Source: an uncultured Spirochaetota bacterium
Lineage (GTDB): Bacteria; Spirochaetota; Spirochaetia; SZUA-6; CAVTHK01
NCBI GenBank assembly: GCA_963734495.1
Contig: CAVTHK010000001.1
Span: 512,001 to 576,000, forward strand
Length of the DNA: 64,000 bases
Reading direction: 5' to 3'
The notes beneath the pieces are model-generated. The model was not told the DNA's origin. It did no database searches and saw only the letters and a list, made by a program, of their open reading frames with translations. Shown here one piece after another: positions 39,410 to 49,657 of this stretch; within the stretch, counting starts at the first letter, position 1, and the number at the start of each line of letters is the position of its first letter. A program made the translations under genes and the position numbers.

Positions 39410-40436
39410 GTGAGCTGGCGAACACCGCTCCTCGTTGCCGCGTTTGCGGCCGTGGCGGGAAATCTATCCGCTTCGCCGAACCCCGAACGCGTCAAGGAAA
39501 CGGATCTCGTGATCTACACCTATGACTCCTTCGTGGCCGAGTGGGGGCCCGCGCCCAGGGTCATCCCGCAGTTCGAGGCGAAATACGGAGTCAAGGTGCA
39601 GGCGGTCTCGGCGGGCGATGCCGGGCAGGTCCTGAGCCGGCTGATCCTGGAGAAGGACTCCCCGAGAGCCGACGTGGTCGTCGGCCTGGACAACAACCTG
39701 CTCGCCCGCGCCGTGGAGGCGGGCGTGCTGCAGCCCTACAAGCCGGCCGGGGCCGACAAGCTCCCGCCCGAGGTCGCCTTCGACCCCGGCTTCCGCCTGA
39801 CGCCGTTCGACTACGGGTACTTCGCCTTCGTCGTCGACACGCAGAAGCTCTCGAGCCCGCCGAAGTCGCTCGAAGACCTCACGGACCCGCGCTTCCGCAG
39901 GAAGATCATCCTGGAGGATCCGCGCACTTCCAGCCCCGGGCTCGGCTTTCTTCTCTGGACGGTCGCGGCCTACGGCGACCGCTGGCTCGACTACTGGCAG
40001 CGGCTCTCGCCTAACATCCTCACGATCGCCGAGGGCTGGGACGCCGCCTACGGGATGTTCACGTCGGGCGAGGCGCCCCTCGTGCTGAGCTACACGACGA
40101 GCCCGGCTTATCACGTCGAGAACGAAAAGACCACCCGCTACCAGGCCGCGATGTTCCCCGAGGGCCACTACGCGCAGATCGAAGGCCTGGGGGTCGTCAC
40201 GGGCGCGAAGCACGCCGACCTCGCGCGCAAGTTCGTCGACTTCGCGCTGAGCGAGGGCTTCCAGAAGGAGATCCCTCTCACCAACTGGATGTACCCGGTG
40301 ATGCCCGCGACCGCGCTTCCCGACTCCTACCGGTACGCGCCGAAGCCCGAGCGGACGCTCTCCCTCGACGCGAAGACCGTCGCGGCGAACGCAGCGGCGC
40401 TGGCTCGCCGCGTGGGCGAGGCAGATGGGAAAGTAG
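39410..40436 (+). CDS. thiB: Thiamine ABC transporter substrate-binding protein (frameshift near the C-terminus)
   Basis: IYTYDSFVAEWG, DPRTSSPGLGFL, VLSYTTSPAYH, NWMYP. Confidence 0.9.
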
Positions 40437-42092
40437 GTGAAGAAGGCCGCCGCCGCGCGCGCAGCGACGGCCGCGCTCCTGGTCGCGGCCCTGGTGCCGC
40501 TCTTCTACTACCCCGTCGGCTCGGTGCTCGCCGGCGCGGCGACCGACTCCGCCGGCAGGCCGAGCCTCGCGCGCCTGGCGGCCCTGGCCCGTGACCCCTA
40601 CGTGCTGCGGGTGGTCGGCTTCACCTTTGCCCAGGCCGCGCTGAGCACTCTGCTCGCGGTCGCGCTCGGCCTGCCGGGAGCGTGGCTCCTCGCGCGCTTC
40701 CGCTTCCCCGGCCGCGCCCTCGTGCGGTCGCTCACGACGATCCCCTTCGTGCTCCCTTCGATCCTGGTCGTGCTCGGCTTCGTGCTCTTCTTCGGCAACA
40801 ACGGCGCGGCCAACCGCTTTCTGCAGGCGCTCCTCGGGACGCGGGAGCCGCCTCTGCGGATCCTCTACTCGTTCCCCGCGATCCTGCTCGCTCACGCGTT
40901 CTACAACTTCCCCGTGTGCGTCCGCGTGGTCGGAAGCCTCTGGGAGCGCGTGAGCCCCCACCCGGCCGAGGCCGCGCGCAGCCTCGGCGCCCGCGGCCCG
41001 CGCCTCTTCTTCGCCGTGACCCTGCCGCAGATCCTCCCCGCGATCCTCTCGAGCGCCGCGATGATCTTCCTCTTCTGCTTCCTCTCCTTCGCGGTCATCC
41101 TCGTGCTGGGCGGCGGCCCGCGCTACACGACGATCGAGGTCGAGATCTACCGCCTGGCCCGCGTCGACGTTGACCTCTCCGGCGCGAGCGCCCTCGCCTT
41201 CGTCGGCACCATGCTCTCCGTCCTCCTGCTGGCGGTCCAGATACGCCTGGAGCGCCGCAGCGCCTTCGCCGAGCGCCTGTCGTCGTGGAGCGAGCCGGCG
41301 CGCCTGCGCTCACCGGCGGCGCGGATCGCCGCGGGCCTGTACCTGGCGGCGGTCGCGGTCATCGTGCTGGGGCCGATGCTTTCGGTGGTCGGGCAGTCGC
41401 TGCGGCAGCGCTCCGGCTGGGCCGGCGGCACGAGCTTGACGCTCCGCTGGTACGCGCAGCTCGCGGCCGGGGCCTCCAGCCGATTCGGCGGCTCCTACCG
41501 GGAGGCGGTGGTCACCAGCGTGGCGCTCGGCCTCGGCACGGCCGCGGTGTCCCTCCCGATGGGCGTCGCCGTGGCGCGCCTCCTGCAGCGCAGAGCGTCC
41601 GCCGCGTCCGGCCTCCTCGAGGCCGCGCTCATGGCGCCGATGGGCGTCTCGGGCGTCGTGCTCGGCCTCGCCTACGTCAAGGCGTGGGGCGGCGGCGCCG
41701 GCACCCTCGCCGTGGTCATGGCCCACGCGGTCGTGGCCTACCCGTTCGTGGCGCGCACGGTCGCGAGCACCCTCGCGAAGATCCGGCCCTCGCTCCTCGA
41801 CGCCTCGCGCTCGCTCGGCGCGGGGCCCCTCGCGACGCTGCTGCACATCGAGCTGCCCCTGGCGCGCTCGGGGCTGGTTACGGGGGCGGCCTTCGCCTTT
41901 GCGATCTCCATGGGCGAGATCAACGCGACGCTGCTGCTCGCGCCGCCCGGGATGGTCACCATCCCCATCGCGATCTACCGCATGATCGGCGCCTACAACT
42001 TTTTCGCCGCCTGCGCGATGGGCACCGTGCTGATGGCCGTGTCGCTCGCGGCCTTCTGGCTGATCGAGCGCGCGGCGCCGGAGGCCTTCTGA
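40437..42092 (+). CDS. thiP: Thiamine ABC transporter permease
   Basis: FTFAQAALST, AHAFYNFP, two EAA-like motifs, SMGE. Confidence 0.88.
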   Translation: MKKAAAARAATAALLVAALVPLFYYPVGSVLAGAATDSAGRPSLARLAALARDPYVLRVVGFTFAQAALSTLLAVALGLPGAWLLARFRFPGRALVRSLTTIPFVLPSILVVLGFVLFFGNNGAANRFLQALLGTREPPLRILYSFPAILLAHAFYNFPVCVRVVGSLWERVSPHPAEAARSLGARGPRLFFAVTLPQILPAILSSAAMIFLFCFLSFAVILVLGGGPRYTTIEVEIYRLARVDVDLSGASALAFVGTMLSVLLLAVQIRLERRSAFAERLSSWSEPARLRSPAARIAAGLYLAAVAVIVLGPMLSVVGQSLRQRSGWAGGTSLTLRWYAQLAAGASSRFGGSYREAVVTSVALGLGTAAVSLPMGVAVARLLQRRASAASGLLEAALMAPMGVSGVVLGLAYVKAWGGGAGTLAVVMAHAVVAYPFVARTVASTLAKIRPSLLDASRSLGAGPLATLLHIELPLARSGLVTGAAFAFAISMGEINATLLLAPPGMVTIPIAIYRMIGAYNFFAACAMGTVLMAVSLAAFWLIERAAPEAF

Positions 42093-43159
42093 TGCCGCTC
42101 GTCCTGCGCGGCCTCGCCAAGCGCTACCCGCAGCTCGACCTCGAGCTGTCGCTGGAGATCGCGACGGGCGAGCTCGCGACGCTGCTCGGCCCGAGCGGCT
42201 GCGGAAAGACCACCGCGCTGCGGCTGATCGCCGGCTTCCTCGCTCCCGACCGCGGGGAGGTCGTGCTGGACGGCCGCGACGTGACGCGCCTGGCGCCCGA
42301 GGACCGCGGCGTCGGGATCGTCTTCCAGGACTACGCGCTGTTCCCGCACATGAACGTCGCGCAGAACGTGGCCTTCGGGCCGCGCATGCGCGGGTGGCCG
42401 CGGGCGGGAACGGAGGCACGGGTCGAGGAGCTGCTCGCGCTGGTCGGGCTCGCCGGCTTCGAGGAGCGGCGGGTCGAGGAGCTTTCGGGGGGCGAGCAGC
42501 AGCGGGTCGCCCTCGCGCGCGCCCTCGCCCCGCGGCCCCGCCTGCTCCTGCTCGACGAGCCGCTCTCCGCCCTCGACCGAGGCCTGCGCGAAGGGCTGCG
42601 CCGCGAGATCCGCCGCGTGCAGCGCGGGCTCGGCATCACGACCGTCTACGTGACCCACGACCAGGAGGAAGCGCTCGCGCTCTCCGACCGCGTCGTGGTG
42701 CTCAACGGCGGCCGCGTCGCCCAGGCCGGGCCGCCCCGCGAGATCTACCACAGGCCGCGGACCCTGTTCGTGGCGGACTTCGTCGGCAAGTCCAACCAGG
42801 TGCCGGGGCGCGTCGTGCGGCGCGACGAGGGCGGGCTCGAGGTCGAGACGCCGTCGGGCGTGTGGCGGTGCCTGGGCCCCGACGGCGTCGCGCCCGGCGA
42901 CGCGGTGCGCGTGCTCTTCAGGCCCGAGAGCTGCCGGCTCGACGCGGCGGGCGGGGCCGCCGGCAACCGCGTCGTCGCCGCGGTCGACAGCGTCGAGTAC
43001 CTCGGTGAGGGGTCCGTGATCCGGGCGCGCGCCGGCGCGAGCGAGCTGGTCATCAGGGCCGGCGACGACGCGGCCCCCGCCCCGGGCGCCAGCGTCTCGT
43101 TCACCGTCGCCCCCTCCGCCTGCTGGGCGCTGCCGCAGCAGCCGCCGCGCGGCGCTTGA
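42092..43159 (+). CDS. ABC transporter ATP-binding protein (thiamine system)
   Basis: GPSGCGKT, LSGGEQQR, LLDEP, VTHDQEEA, TOBE-like tail. Confidence 0.9.
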   Translation: MPLVLRGLAKRYPQLDLELSLEIATGELATLLGPSGCGKTTALRLIAGFLAPDRGEVVLDGRDVTRLAPEDRGVGIVFQDYALFPHMNVAQNVAFGPRMRGWPRAGTEARVEELLALVGLAGFEERRVEELSGGEQQRVALARALAPRPRLLLLDEPLSALDRGLREGLRREIRRVQRGLGITTVYVTHDQEEALALSDRVVVLNGGRVAQAGPPREIYHRPRTLFVADFVGKSNQVPGRVVRRDEGGLEVETPSGVWRCLGPDGVAPGDAVRVLFRPESCRLDAAGGAAGNRVVAAVDSVEYLGEGSVIRARAGASELVIRAGDDAAPAPGASVSFTVAPSACWALPQQPPRGA

Positions 43160-43191
43160 CCTTGGGAAGCGCCGGGGACGAACATCACCGC

Positions 43192-44208
43192 GTGATCGAT
43201 CGCGCGAGCCCGGTTCCGCTGCACTACCAGCTCTATCTCGAGCTCAAGGAGTGGTTCGTGCGGGAGTTCTCGCCGCGCGAGGTCCTGCCGACCGAGCTCG
43301 CGATCGCCGAGCGCTTCGGCATCGGGCGCGGCACCGTGCGGATCGCGCTGGACAACCTGGTGCGCGAAGGCCTGATCGTGCGCACCTCGGGCCGTGGGAC
43401 TTTCCTCAGCGAAGACTACCAGGTGCGGCTGCGCCAGGTGCGGGTGGGGATCATCCTCTCGGAGGCCGAGTTCGCGAACCGCGACGTCTGGGAGTACACG
43501 TGGGTGCACCACCTCCAGATGATCAACGGGATCATGGAAGCCAGCCCCCGCTACAACGTGGCCACCGAGCTCATCTCGGAGGAGATCTTTACCGAGCGCT
43601 ACAACGACCTCTGCGAAGGCTTCGTGCTGTGCCGGTACCTCAGGCCCGACGTCCTGGCCCGCATCCGCAGGCCGGTCGCGAGCCTGAACTACCTGATGGA
43701 CTTCCTGGACGGCTTCCGGCAGGTCGCGCGGCACGTGGCAGACACCGGCTACCGCCGGGTCGGCTACATCGGCTGGCCGACGGGCGGCAGGCTCGACACC
43801 GTGAACCGGGTGCTCGCGGAGAGCGGCAGGGCGCCGATCGCAGCCGAGGACGTCGTGGTCTGCGACGGCGCGCCCGAAGACGGCTACGGCGCCTGCAGGC
43901 AGCTGCTGCGTGACGGGCGTCCGATCGACGGCATCATCTGCTCCACCGATCTGCGCGCCATCGGCGTGCTCGACTACCTCCACGAATCCGGGCGGGCGGT
44001 CCCGGAGGCGGTCTCGATCTACGGCTTCGACGGCATCCTCAAGAGCGAGCTTACCACGCCCCCGTTGACGACCTGCGGATACGACTGGAAGTACCCGGGG
44101 CACTTCTCGATCCGGGAGATCCGGGCGCTGCTGGACGGCAGCGAGGCACCCGTCTACGTGCCGCCTCGGGGCGAGCTCATCGTCCGCAAGAGCACGCGCC
44201 GCGCCTGA
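43192..44208 (+). CDS. GntR HTH + LacI-type sugar-binding domain regulator (AraR-like)
   Basis: PLHYQL..LPTELAIAERFGIGRGTVR..GRGTF; C-terminal VPEAVSIYGFD, PPLTT. Confidence 0.88.
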   Translation: MIDRASPVPLHYQLYLELKEWFVREFSPREVLPTELAIAERFGIGRGTVRIALDNLVREGLIVRTSGRGTFLSEDYQVRLRQVRVGIILSEAEFANRDVWEYTWVHHLQMINGIMEASPRYNVATELISEEIFTERYNDLCEGFVLCRYLRPDVLARIRRPVASLNYLMDFLDGFRQVARHVADTGYRRVGYIGWPTGGRLDTVNRVLAESGRAPIAAEDVVVCDGAPEDGYGACRQLLRDGRPIDGIICSTDLRAIGVLDYLHESGRAVPEAVSIYGFDGILKSELTTPPLTTCGYDWKYPGHFSIREIRALLDGSEAPVYVPPRGELIVRKSTRRA

Positions 44209-44240
44209 AACGTGCGTCCTCCGTCACTGGGAGCGCGCGA

Positions 44241-44293
44241 GCAAATGTTCGAACGTTTGCATCTTGACAGGCCCAAGGCTGAATGCGTAAGGT
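44241..44293 (+). promoter_or_regulatory. Palindromic operator GCAAATGTTC/GAACGTTTGC plus promoter TTGACA-N18-TAAGGT
   Basis: 20-bp palindrome with 1 mismatch (44241-44260), abutting the -35 box upstream of nagB. Confidence 0.65.
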
Positions 44294-44339
44294 TTTTCAG
44301 AGAGAGGCGGAGAGCAATGTCGCGCGCGATGAAGGCGCC

Positions 44340-46688
44340 ATGAGCGAAAACGGCCGAATCTCCTCGCGGGTCGAGCGGCACTTCCTCGAGCGGTCGGGGA
44401 TGGCGCCGATGTACGAGCCCGATGAGCGGATCCCGGTGATCGTCGTCTCCAATTTCCCGGAGCTGGGCCGGCTCGCCGCCCTCCGCTTCCTCGAATGGGT
44501 GCAGGACCACCCCGAAGGAGCGGTCTCGCTTCCCACGGGCAAGACCCCCGAGCACTTCATCCGCGAGGTTCCCCGGATACTCAGGAGCTGGGACGAGCCC
44601 GACACGCGGAGGCTGCTCGAAGAGGTGGGCTTGGACCCGGGCCGAAGGCCGCGGCTGGACGGCCTTCATTTTGTCCAGATCGACGAGTTCTACCCGATCA
44701 ACCCCCTGCACCACAACAGCTTCGCCTTCTACGTCCGCCGCTTCTACCTCGAGGGCCTGGGGCTCGACCCCGAGCGGGCGCTGCTGATCGAGTGCGACCG
44801 CATCGGGCTCCCCGAAGGGACCGCCCTCGAGGAGGTCTGGAGCGAAGACGAGGTCGACCTGAGCCTCCGCCGGCGCAGGCCGCTGGACGCGCGCGAGCGG
44901 CTGCAGAGGGACGTGCTCCACAGGATCGACCAATGGTGCGACGAGTACGAGGAGAAGATCCGCGCCCTCGGGGGGCTCGGCTTCTTCCTCGGAGGCATCG
45001 GCCCGGACGGGCACATCGCCTTCAACATCCGCGGCTCGAGCCTCTACTCGACGACGCGCCTGGCGGCCACCAACTACGAGACGCAGGCCGCCGCGGCCCT
45101 GGACCTCGGCGGCATCGAGGTCGCGCGCAGGCGCTGCGTCATCACGATCGGTCTCGGGACGATCACACGCAACCCGGACTGCGTCGCGATCATCCTCGCG
45201 GCGGGCGAGGCCAAGAAGACGATCGTGGCCGGCTCGGTCACGAGCCCGGTCGACGTCCGCTACCCCGCCTCGGTCCTGCAGAGGCTGCCCGAGGCGCGCT
45301 TCTACCTCACGCGGGGCGCCGCGCTGGATCTCGCGGCGCGCCGCTCGGCCGAGCTGGAAAAGCTTCCGCAGATCCCCACCCAGGAGAGCGACCGCATCCT
45401 GGTCGACCTCGCGCTCGCGTCGGGCAAGACGCTCGCGGAGCTGACCGACGACGACCTCGCCGGCTCCGGTTTCGGCCGGCTGCTCGCCTCGCGCGGGCTT
45501 TCGGCTTCCGCCGGGGCCGCGGCCGCGACCCGCATCCGGGAAAAGCTCGAGGCGGGGATGCACACCCTCGGAGGCAAGACCTTCCTCCACACCGAGCCGC
45601 ACCACGACGACATCCTCCTCGGCTACCTGCCCCACGTCGTGCGCCACATCCGCGACTGGAGCACCACGCACCACTTCGCGACGCTCACCAGCGGCTTCAA
45701 CGCGGTCACCAACGGCTTCATGCTCGAGCTGGTCCGCGGCCTCGAGAGCTTCCTTGCGGGCCCCGTCTTCGCGGGGCTGCTCGCCTCCGGTTCCTTCGAC
45801 CGCGGGAACAACGCCGCCCGCGACCAGGACGTGTGGCACTACCTCGACGGCATCGCCGAGCAGTCGACGGACCGGGCGCGCGAGGGCGAGATGCGGCGCC
45901 TCGCGCGGAACCTCATCGATCTGTATGACGAGAGGGACCCGCGGGCGCTGGTCGACCGCGTGCACGAGCTGGCGAACTACTTCCAGACCCAGTACCCGGG
46001 GCGCAAGGACCTGCCGCACATCCAGCGCCTGAAAGGCATGTGCCGGGAATGGGAATCGGACTGCCTGTGGGGCTACTTCGGCTGGAACGGCGAGTTCGTC
46101 CATCACCTGCGTCTCGGGTTCTACCAGGGCGAGGTCTTCACCGAGGAACCGACGATGGACCGCGACGTCAAGCCGATCATCGAGCTCCTCGCCGGCGTCA
46201 ACCCCGACGTCGTGACGGTCGCCTTCGACCCCGAGGCAAGCGGCCCCGACACCCACTACAAGTGCATGCAGGCGCTGGCCGAGGCGCTGCGAGCCCACGA
46301 GCGCTCGAGCGGCCGCAGCGACATCCGGGTGCTCGCCTACCGCAACGTGTGGTACCGGTTCCACCCCTGCGAGGCCAACGTGTACGTCCCGGTGTCGCTC
46401 AACATGTTCACCCTGCAGCACAGCGCCTTCATGAGCGCGTACCTCTCGCAGAGCAACGCCTCCTTCCCGAGCTACGATCACGAGGGGCCGTTCCCGGAGC
46501 TCGCGCAGCGCATCCAGGTCGAGCAGTACGGGACGCTCAAGGGCTGCCTCGGCGAGCGCTGGTTCAGCGAGCACCCGAGCGCGCTCATCCGGGCCACGCG
46601 CGGAATGGTCTTCCTGCGCATGATGAGCCTGGAGGAGTTCTACGGCGCCTGCCGCGCCCTGCGCGCGACGATGGAAGATAAAGGTTGA
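44340..46688 (+). CDS. nagB: Glucosamine-6-phosphate deaminase, long form with C-terminal PIG-L/LmbE-like domain
   Basis: SLPTGKTP, QIDEFYP, GGIGPDGHIAFN, ITIGLGTI, YPASVL; second domain EPHHDDI, PDTH. Confidence 0.8.
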   Translation: MSENGRISSRVERHFLERSGMAPMYEPDERIPVIVVSNFPELGRLAALRFLEWVQDHPEGAVSLPTGKTPEHFIREVPRILRSWDEPDTRRLLEEVGLDPGRRPRLDGLHFVQIDEFYPINPLHHNSFAFYVRRFYLEGLGLDPERALLIECDRIGLPEGTALEEVWSEDEVDLSLRRRRPLDARERLQRDVLHRIDQWCDEYEEKIRALGGLGFFLGGIGPDGHIAFNIRGSSLYSTTRLAATNYETQAAAALDLGGIEVARRRCVITIGLGTITRNPDCVAIILAAGEAKKTIVAGSVTSPVDVRYPASVLQRLPEARFYLTRGAALDLAARRSAELEKLPQIPTQESDRILVDLALASGKTLAELTDDDLAGSGFGRLLASRGLSASAGAAAATRIREKLEAGMHTLGGKTFLHTEPHHDDILLGYLPHVVRHIRDWSTTHHFATLTSGFNAVTNGFMLELVRGLESFLAGPVFAGLLASGSFDRGNNAARDQDVWHYLDGIAEQSTDRAREGEMRRLARNLIDLYDERDPRALVDRVHELANYFQTQYPGRKDLPHIQRLKGMCREWESDCLWGYFGWNGEFVHHLRLGFYQGEVFTEEPTMDRDVKPIIELLAGVNPDVVTVAFDPEASGPDTHYKCMQALAEALRAHERSSGRSDIRVLAYRNVWYRFHPCEANVYVPVSLNMFTLQHSAFMSAYLSQSNASFPSYDHEGPFPELAQRIQVEQYGTLKGCLGERWFSEHPSALIRATRGMVFLRMMSLEEFYGACRALRATMEDKG

Positions 46689-46765
46689 AGCAAGGCGCCG
46701 GCCGACCCGCTCGAGCCGCTCTCGCGCCTTGACCCCTCGCGGCGGGGCTGCGTATCCTTTCGGCG

Positions 46766-47560
46766 TTGAAGCAATATCAGGACCTGCTGAGATTGATCCT
46801 CGAGCGCGGCACCCGCCGCGGCGACCGCACGGGCACCGGAACGCTCTCCTGGTTCGGCCACCAGATGCGCTTCGATCTCGCGGCAGGCTTCCCGTGCCTG
46901 ACGACCAAGCGACTGCGGCTGCGCTCGATCATCCACGAGCTGCTGTGGTTCCTGCGCGGCGAGACCAACGTCCGCTCGCTGAACGAGAACGACGTGCACA
47001 TCTGGGATCCGTGGGCGGACTCCAGCGGCGACCTCGGCCCGATCTACGGCGCGCAGTGGCGCTCCTGGCCCGCGGCCGACGGCCGCGCCATCGACCAGAT
47101 GGCCCGCGTCGTGGACCAGATCCGCTCGCACCCGGAATCGCGCCGGCTCGTGGTCAGCGCGTGGAACGTGGGCGAGCTGGACAGGATGGCGCTGCCCCCG
47201 TGCCACCTGCTGTTCCAGTTCTACGTGGCGGAGGGACGGCTCTCCTGCCAGCTCTACCAGCGCAGCGCCGACGTCTTCCTCGGCCTTCCCTTCAACATTG
47301 CCTCGTATGCGCTGCTGACCCTCATGGTCGCGCAGGTCACGGGGCTCGGTCCGGGCCACCTCGTGCACACCCTCGGTGATGCCCACCTGTACCTGAACCA
47401 CCTCGAGCAGGCGAAGCTCGTTCTCGAACGCGAGCCTCGCCCGCTTCCCACGCTGCGCCTGAACCCGGCGGTCACGTCCCTGTCAGGCTTCCGCTACGAC
47501 GACATCAGTCTCGAGAACTACGACCCCCATCCCGCCATCAAGGCACCGATCGCCGTATGA
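46766..47560 (+). CDS. thyA: Thymidylate synthase
   Basis: [39 protein letters not shown]. Confidence 0.97.
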   Translation: MKQYQDLLRLILERGTRRGDRTGTGTLSWFGHQMRFDLAAGFPCLTTKRLRLRSIIHELLWFLRGETNVRSLNENDVHIWDPWADSSGDLGPIYGAQWRSWPAADGRAIDQMARVVDQIRSHPESRRLVVSAWNVGELDRMALPPCHLLFQFYVAEGRLSCQLYQRSADVFLGLPFNIASYALLTLMVAQVTGLGPGHLVHTLGDAHLYLNHLEQAKLVLEREPRPLPTLRLNPAVTSLSGFRYDDISLENYDPHPAIKAPIAV

Positions 47561-48663
47561 GCGGCGACGATTCACCGCGCGCGGCCGCGCAACGGATGCT
47601 CGTCTCCGTCATCGCCGCGGTGGCGGAAAACGGGGTCATCGGGCGCGCGGGTGACCTCGCGCTTCGGATCCCCGCCGACCTCGCGCGGCTGAAACGGCTC
47701 ACCATGGGCCACCACCTTGTCATGGGTCGGCGCACCTGGGAGTCGATCGGCAAGCCGCTTCCGGGCCGCACGACCATTGTGCTGTCGCGTGACTCCGGCT
47801 ACCGCGCTCCCGGCTGCCTGACGGCCGTCTCGCTCGCCGAGGCGCTGGAGACGGCGAGGCGCGCCGGCGAAACGGAGGCCTTCATCATGGGGGGCGGCGA
47901 GGTCTACAAGCAGGCCGTGCCGGCGGCCGACCGCCTCTACCTCACCCGCATCCATGCCTCGCCTGCGGGCGACACGACATTCCCGCCGGTCGGGCCGGAG
48001 TGGCGCGAGACCGCGCGCGAAGACCATCCCGAGGGCTCGCCCGCGCCCTTCACCTTTGTCGACCTGGAGCGGGCAGGGCGCGATCCTCTGGAGGAGACGG
48101 TGCTCTCCCGTAGAGAGCTCTTCCGCGGCGGCTATCTCCGGCTGGAGGAGCTCGCGATCCGCCTCCCTGACGGCCGCCAGGGCCGCCGCGAAGTGGTCAG
48201 CGTCCGCGACGCCGTGGCCGTGCTTCCCGTCGACGCCGCGGGCCGGGTGCACCTCGTCCGCCAGCACCGGGCCGCGATCGGCCGCACGATCCTCGAGGCG
48301 CCGGCCGGCGTCATCGAGCGGGACGAGGACCCTGAAGCCGCGGCCCGAAGGGAGTGCGAGGAGGAGATCGGCCTGCGGCCGAAGCGGCTGCTTCGCCTCA
48401 TCAGCTACGCGCACGCCGAAGGCTATTCGACGGGCTTCATCACGCTGTACGTCGGCCTCGACCTCGAGCGCGTGGAGAGCCCCGGCCTCGACGCGAGCGA
48501 ATTCCTCGAGCACGTCGTGCTGCCGTTCGCGGAGCTTCGCGAACAGGTCGGTCGCAACGAGATCGTGGACTCCAAGACCATCCTGACTACGCTGTACTGG
48601 GAGAGGATCAGGGAGACTCTGCCGCCTTCGGGCGCTCCGGCCGAAGCGTCCGCGCGCCCGTGA
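47557..48663 (+). CDS. folA: Dihydrofolate reductase fused to a Nudix hydrolase
   Basis: [39 protein letters not shown], then Nudix box [24 protein letters not shown] in one ORF. Confidence 0.85.
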   Translation: MSGDDSPRAAAQRMLVSVIAAVAENGVIGRAGDLALRIPADLARLKRLTMGHHLVMGRRTWESIGKPLPGRTTIVLSRDSGYRAPGCLTAVSLAEALETARRAGETEAFIMGGGEVYKQAVPAADRLYLTRIHASPAGDTTFPPVGPEWRETAREDHPEGSPAPFTFVDLERAGRDPLEETVLSRRELFRGGYLRLEELAIRLPDGRQGRREVVSVRDAVAVLPVDAAGRVHLVRQHRAAIGRTILEAPAGVIERDEDPEAAARRECEEEIGLRPKRLLRLISYAHAEGYSTGFITLYVGLDLERVESPGLDASEFLEHVVLPFAELREQVGRNEIVDSKTILTTLYWERIRETLPPSGAPAEASARP

Positions 48664-49490
48664 ACGCCCGCGGGTGCCGCGCGCCGGCGCTGCTTGCGGC
48701 GTCGCTGCTGCTGTTCGCCGGCTGCGGCGGCGGAGCGCGCAGGGAACGCGCCATCGGACCGGATTTCCGCATCGGGGCCCGCGATCTCGCGCAGACGACG
48801 GCCGGCCTGCGTTCCGACACCAGGGCGAGGATCGAGGCGGACCCGGCGGGGTTCCTGCGCCTGATGACGCAGATCATGTCCGCGCCGCAGCCGCTGCTCA
48901 CCCTCGTCGACAAACAGCATGGGCTTTCTCCTGACGAGGTCCCCCGGGACCTCGTGCCGCTCGAACGCACCCGCCTTCGCGCGGCGAGGAAGGGCCTCTC
49001 GCTCAGGGCGATCGTCGTCCCGGACATGGAGGCGATGGCCGAAGCTGCCGAGCGGTCCGGCGCCGGCCTTCTTGTTTCATCTGCCTATCGTTCCTACGAG
49101 TATCAGCAGGGGCTGTTCGAGCGGAGCGTGCGGGCGGAAGGCCGCGAGCAGACCGAGAGGGAGCTCGCTCTCCCCGGTCACTCCGAGCATCAGCTCGGCA
49201 CGGCGGTCGATTTCGGATCGGTCGACGCCTCCTTCGCGGACACCGCGGCCGGGAGATGGCTCGCATCGGAGGCGTGGAAGTACGGCTTCGTGCTCTCCTA
49301 TCCCCGCAACGGAGAGGGGGAGACGGGCTACATCTACGAGCCCTGGCATTTCCGCTACGTCGGCAGGCCCGCGGCCGCGATGGCGCACGCGTTCTTCGGC
49401 GACGACAGGCAGGAGCTCCTCACGTTCTACCGGGAAAAGGAGCCGTACTTCCGCGACCGCGCGCGGACGAGCGGCCGCACTTCCCCATAG
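48660..49490 (+). CDS. M15 family D-Ala-D-Ala carboxypeptidase (VanY-like) lipoprotein
   Basis: Lipobox FAGC, SAYRS, SEHQLGTAVD, YEPWHFRY. Confidence 0.9.
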   Translation: MNARGCRAPALLAASLLLFAGCGGGARRERAIGPDFRIGARDLAQTTAGLRSDTRARIEADPAGFLRLMTQIMSAPQPLLTLVDKQHGLSPDEVPRDLVPLERTRLRAARKGLSLRAIVVPDMEAMAEAAERSGAGLLVSSAYRSYEYQQGLFERSVRAEGREQTERELALPGHSEHQLGTAVDFGSVDASFADTAAGRWLASEAWKYGFVLSYPRNGEGETGYIYEPWHFRYVGRPAAAMAHAFFGDDRQELLTFYREKEPYFRDRARTSGRTSP

Positions 49491-49657
49491 CGGCGGGGGC
49501 CCTGCTGTCCGGTCGCAGAAATCGGAGATCTGCGGAAAACGTTGTGTGGCATTTTCACCCAATTTGCCGATAATAGGGGAGAACTCCCGACTCAATGCCT
49601 GACAGGCGCCCGCGGGGCGGCATTGCGCCCCGTTGAAATGGGTGTGGAGCACGAGCG

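Noticed and set aside
49543-49560. CRP-like site TGTGG-CATTT-TCACC upstream of the cNMP hydrolase
   Set aside because: Spacer is 5 nt rather than 6 and both half-sites mismatch; too weak.
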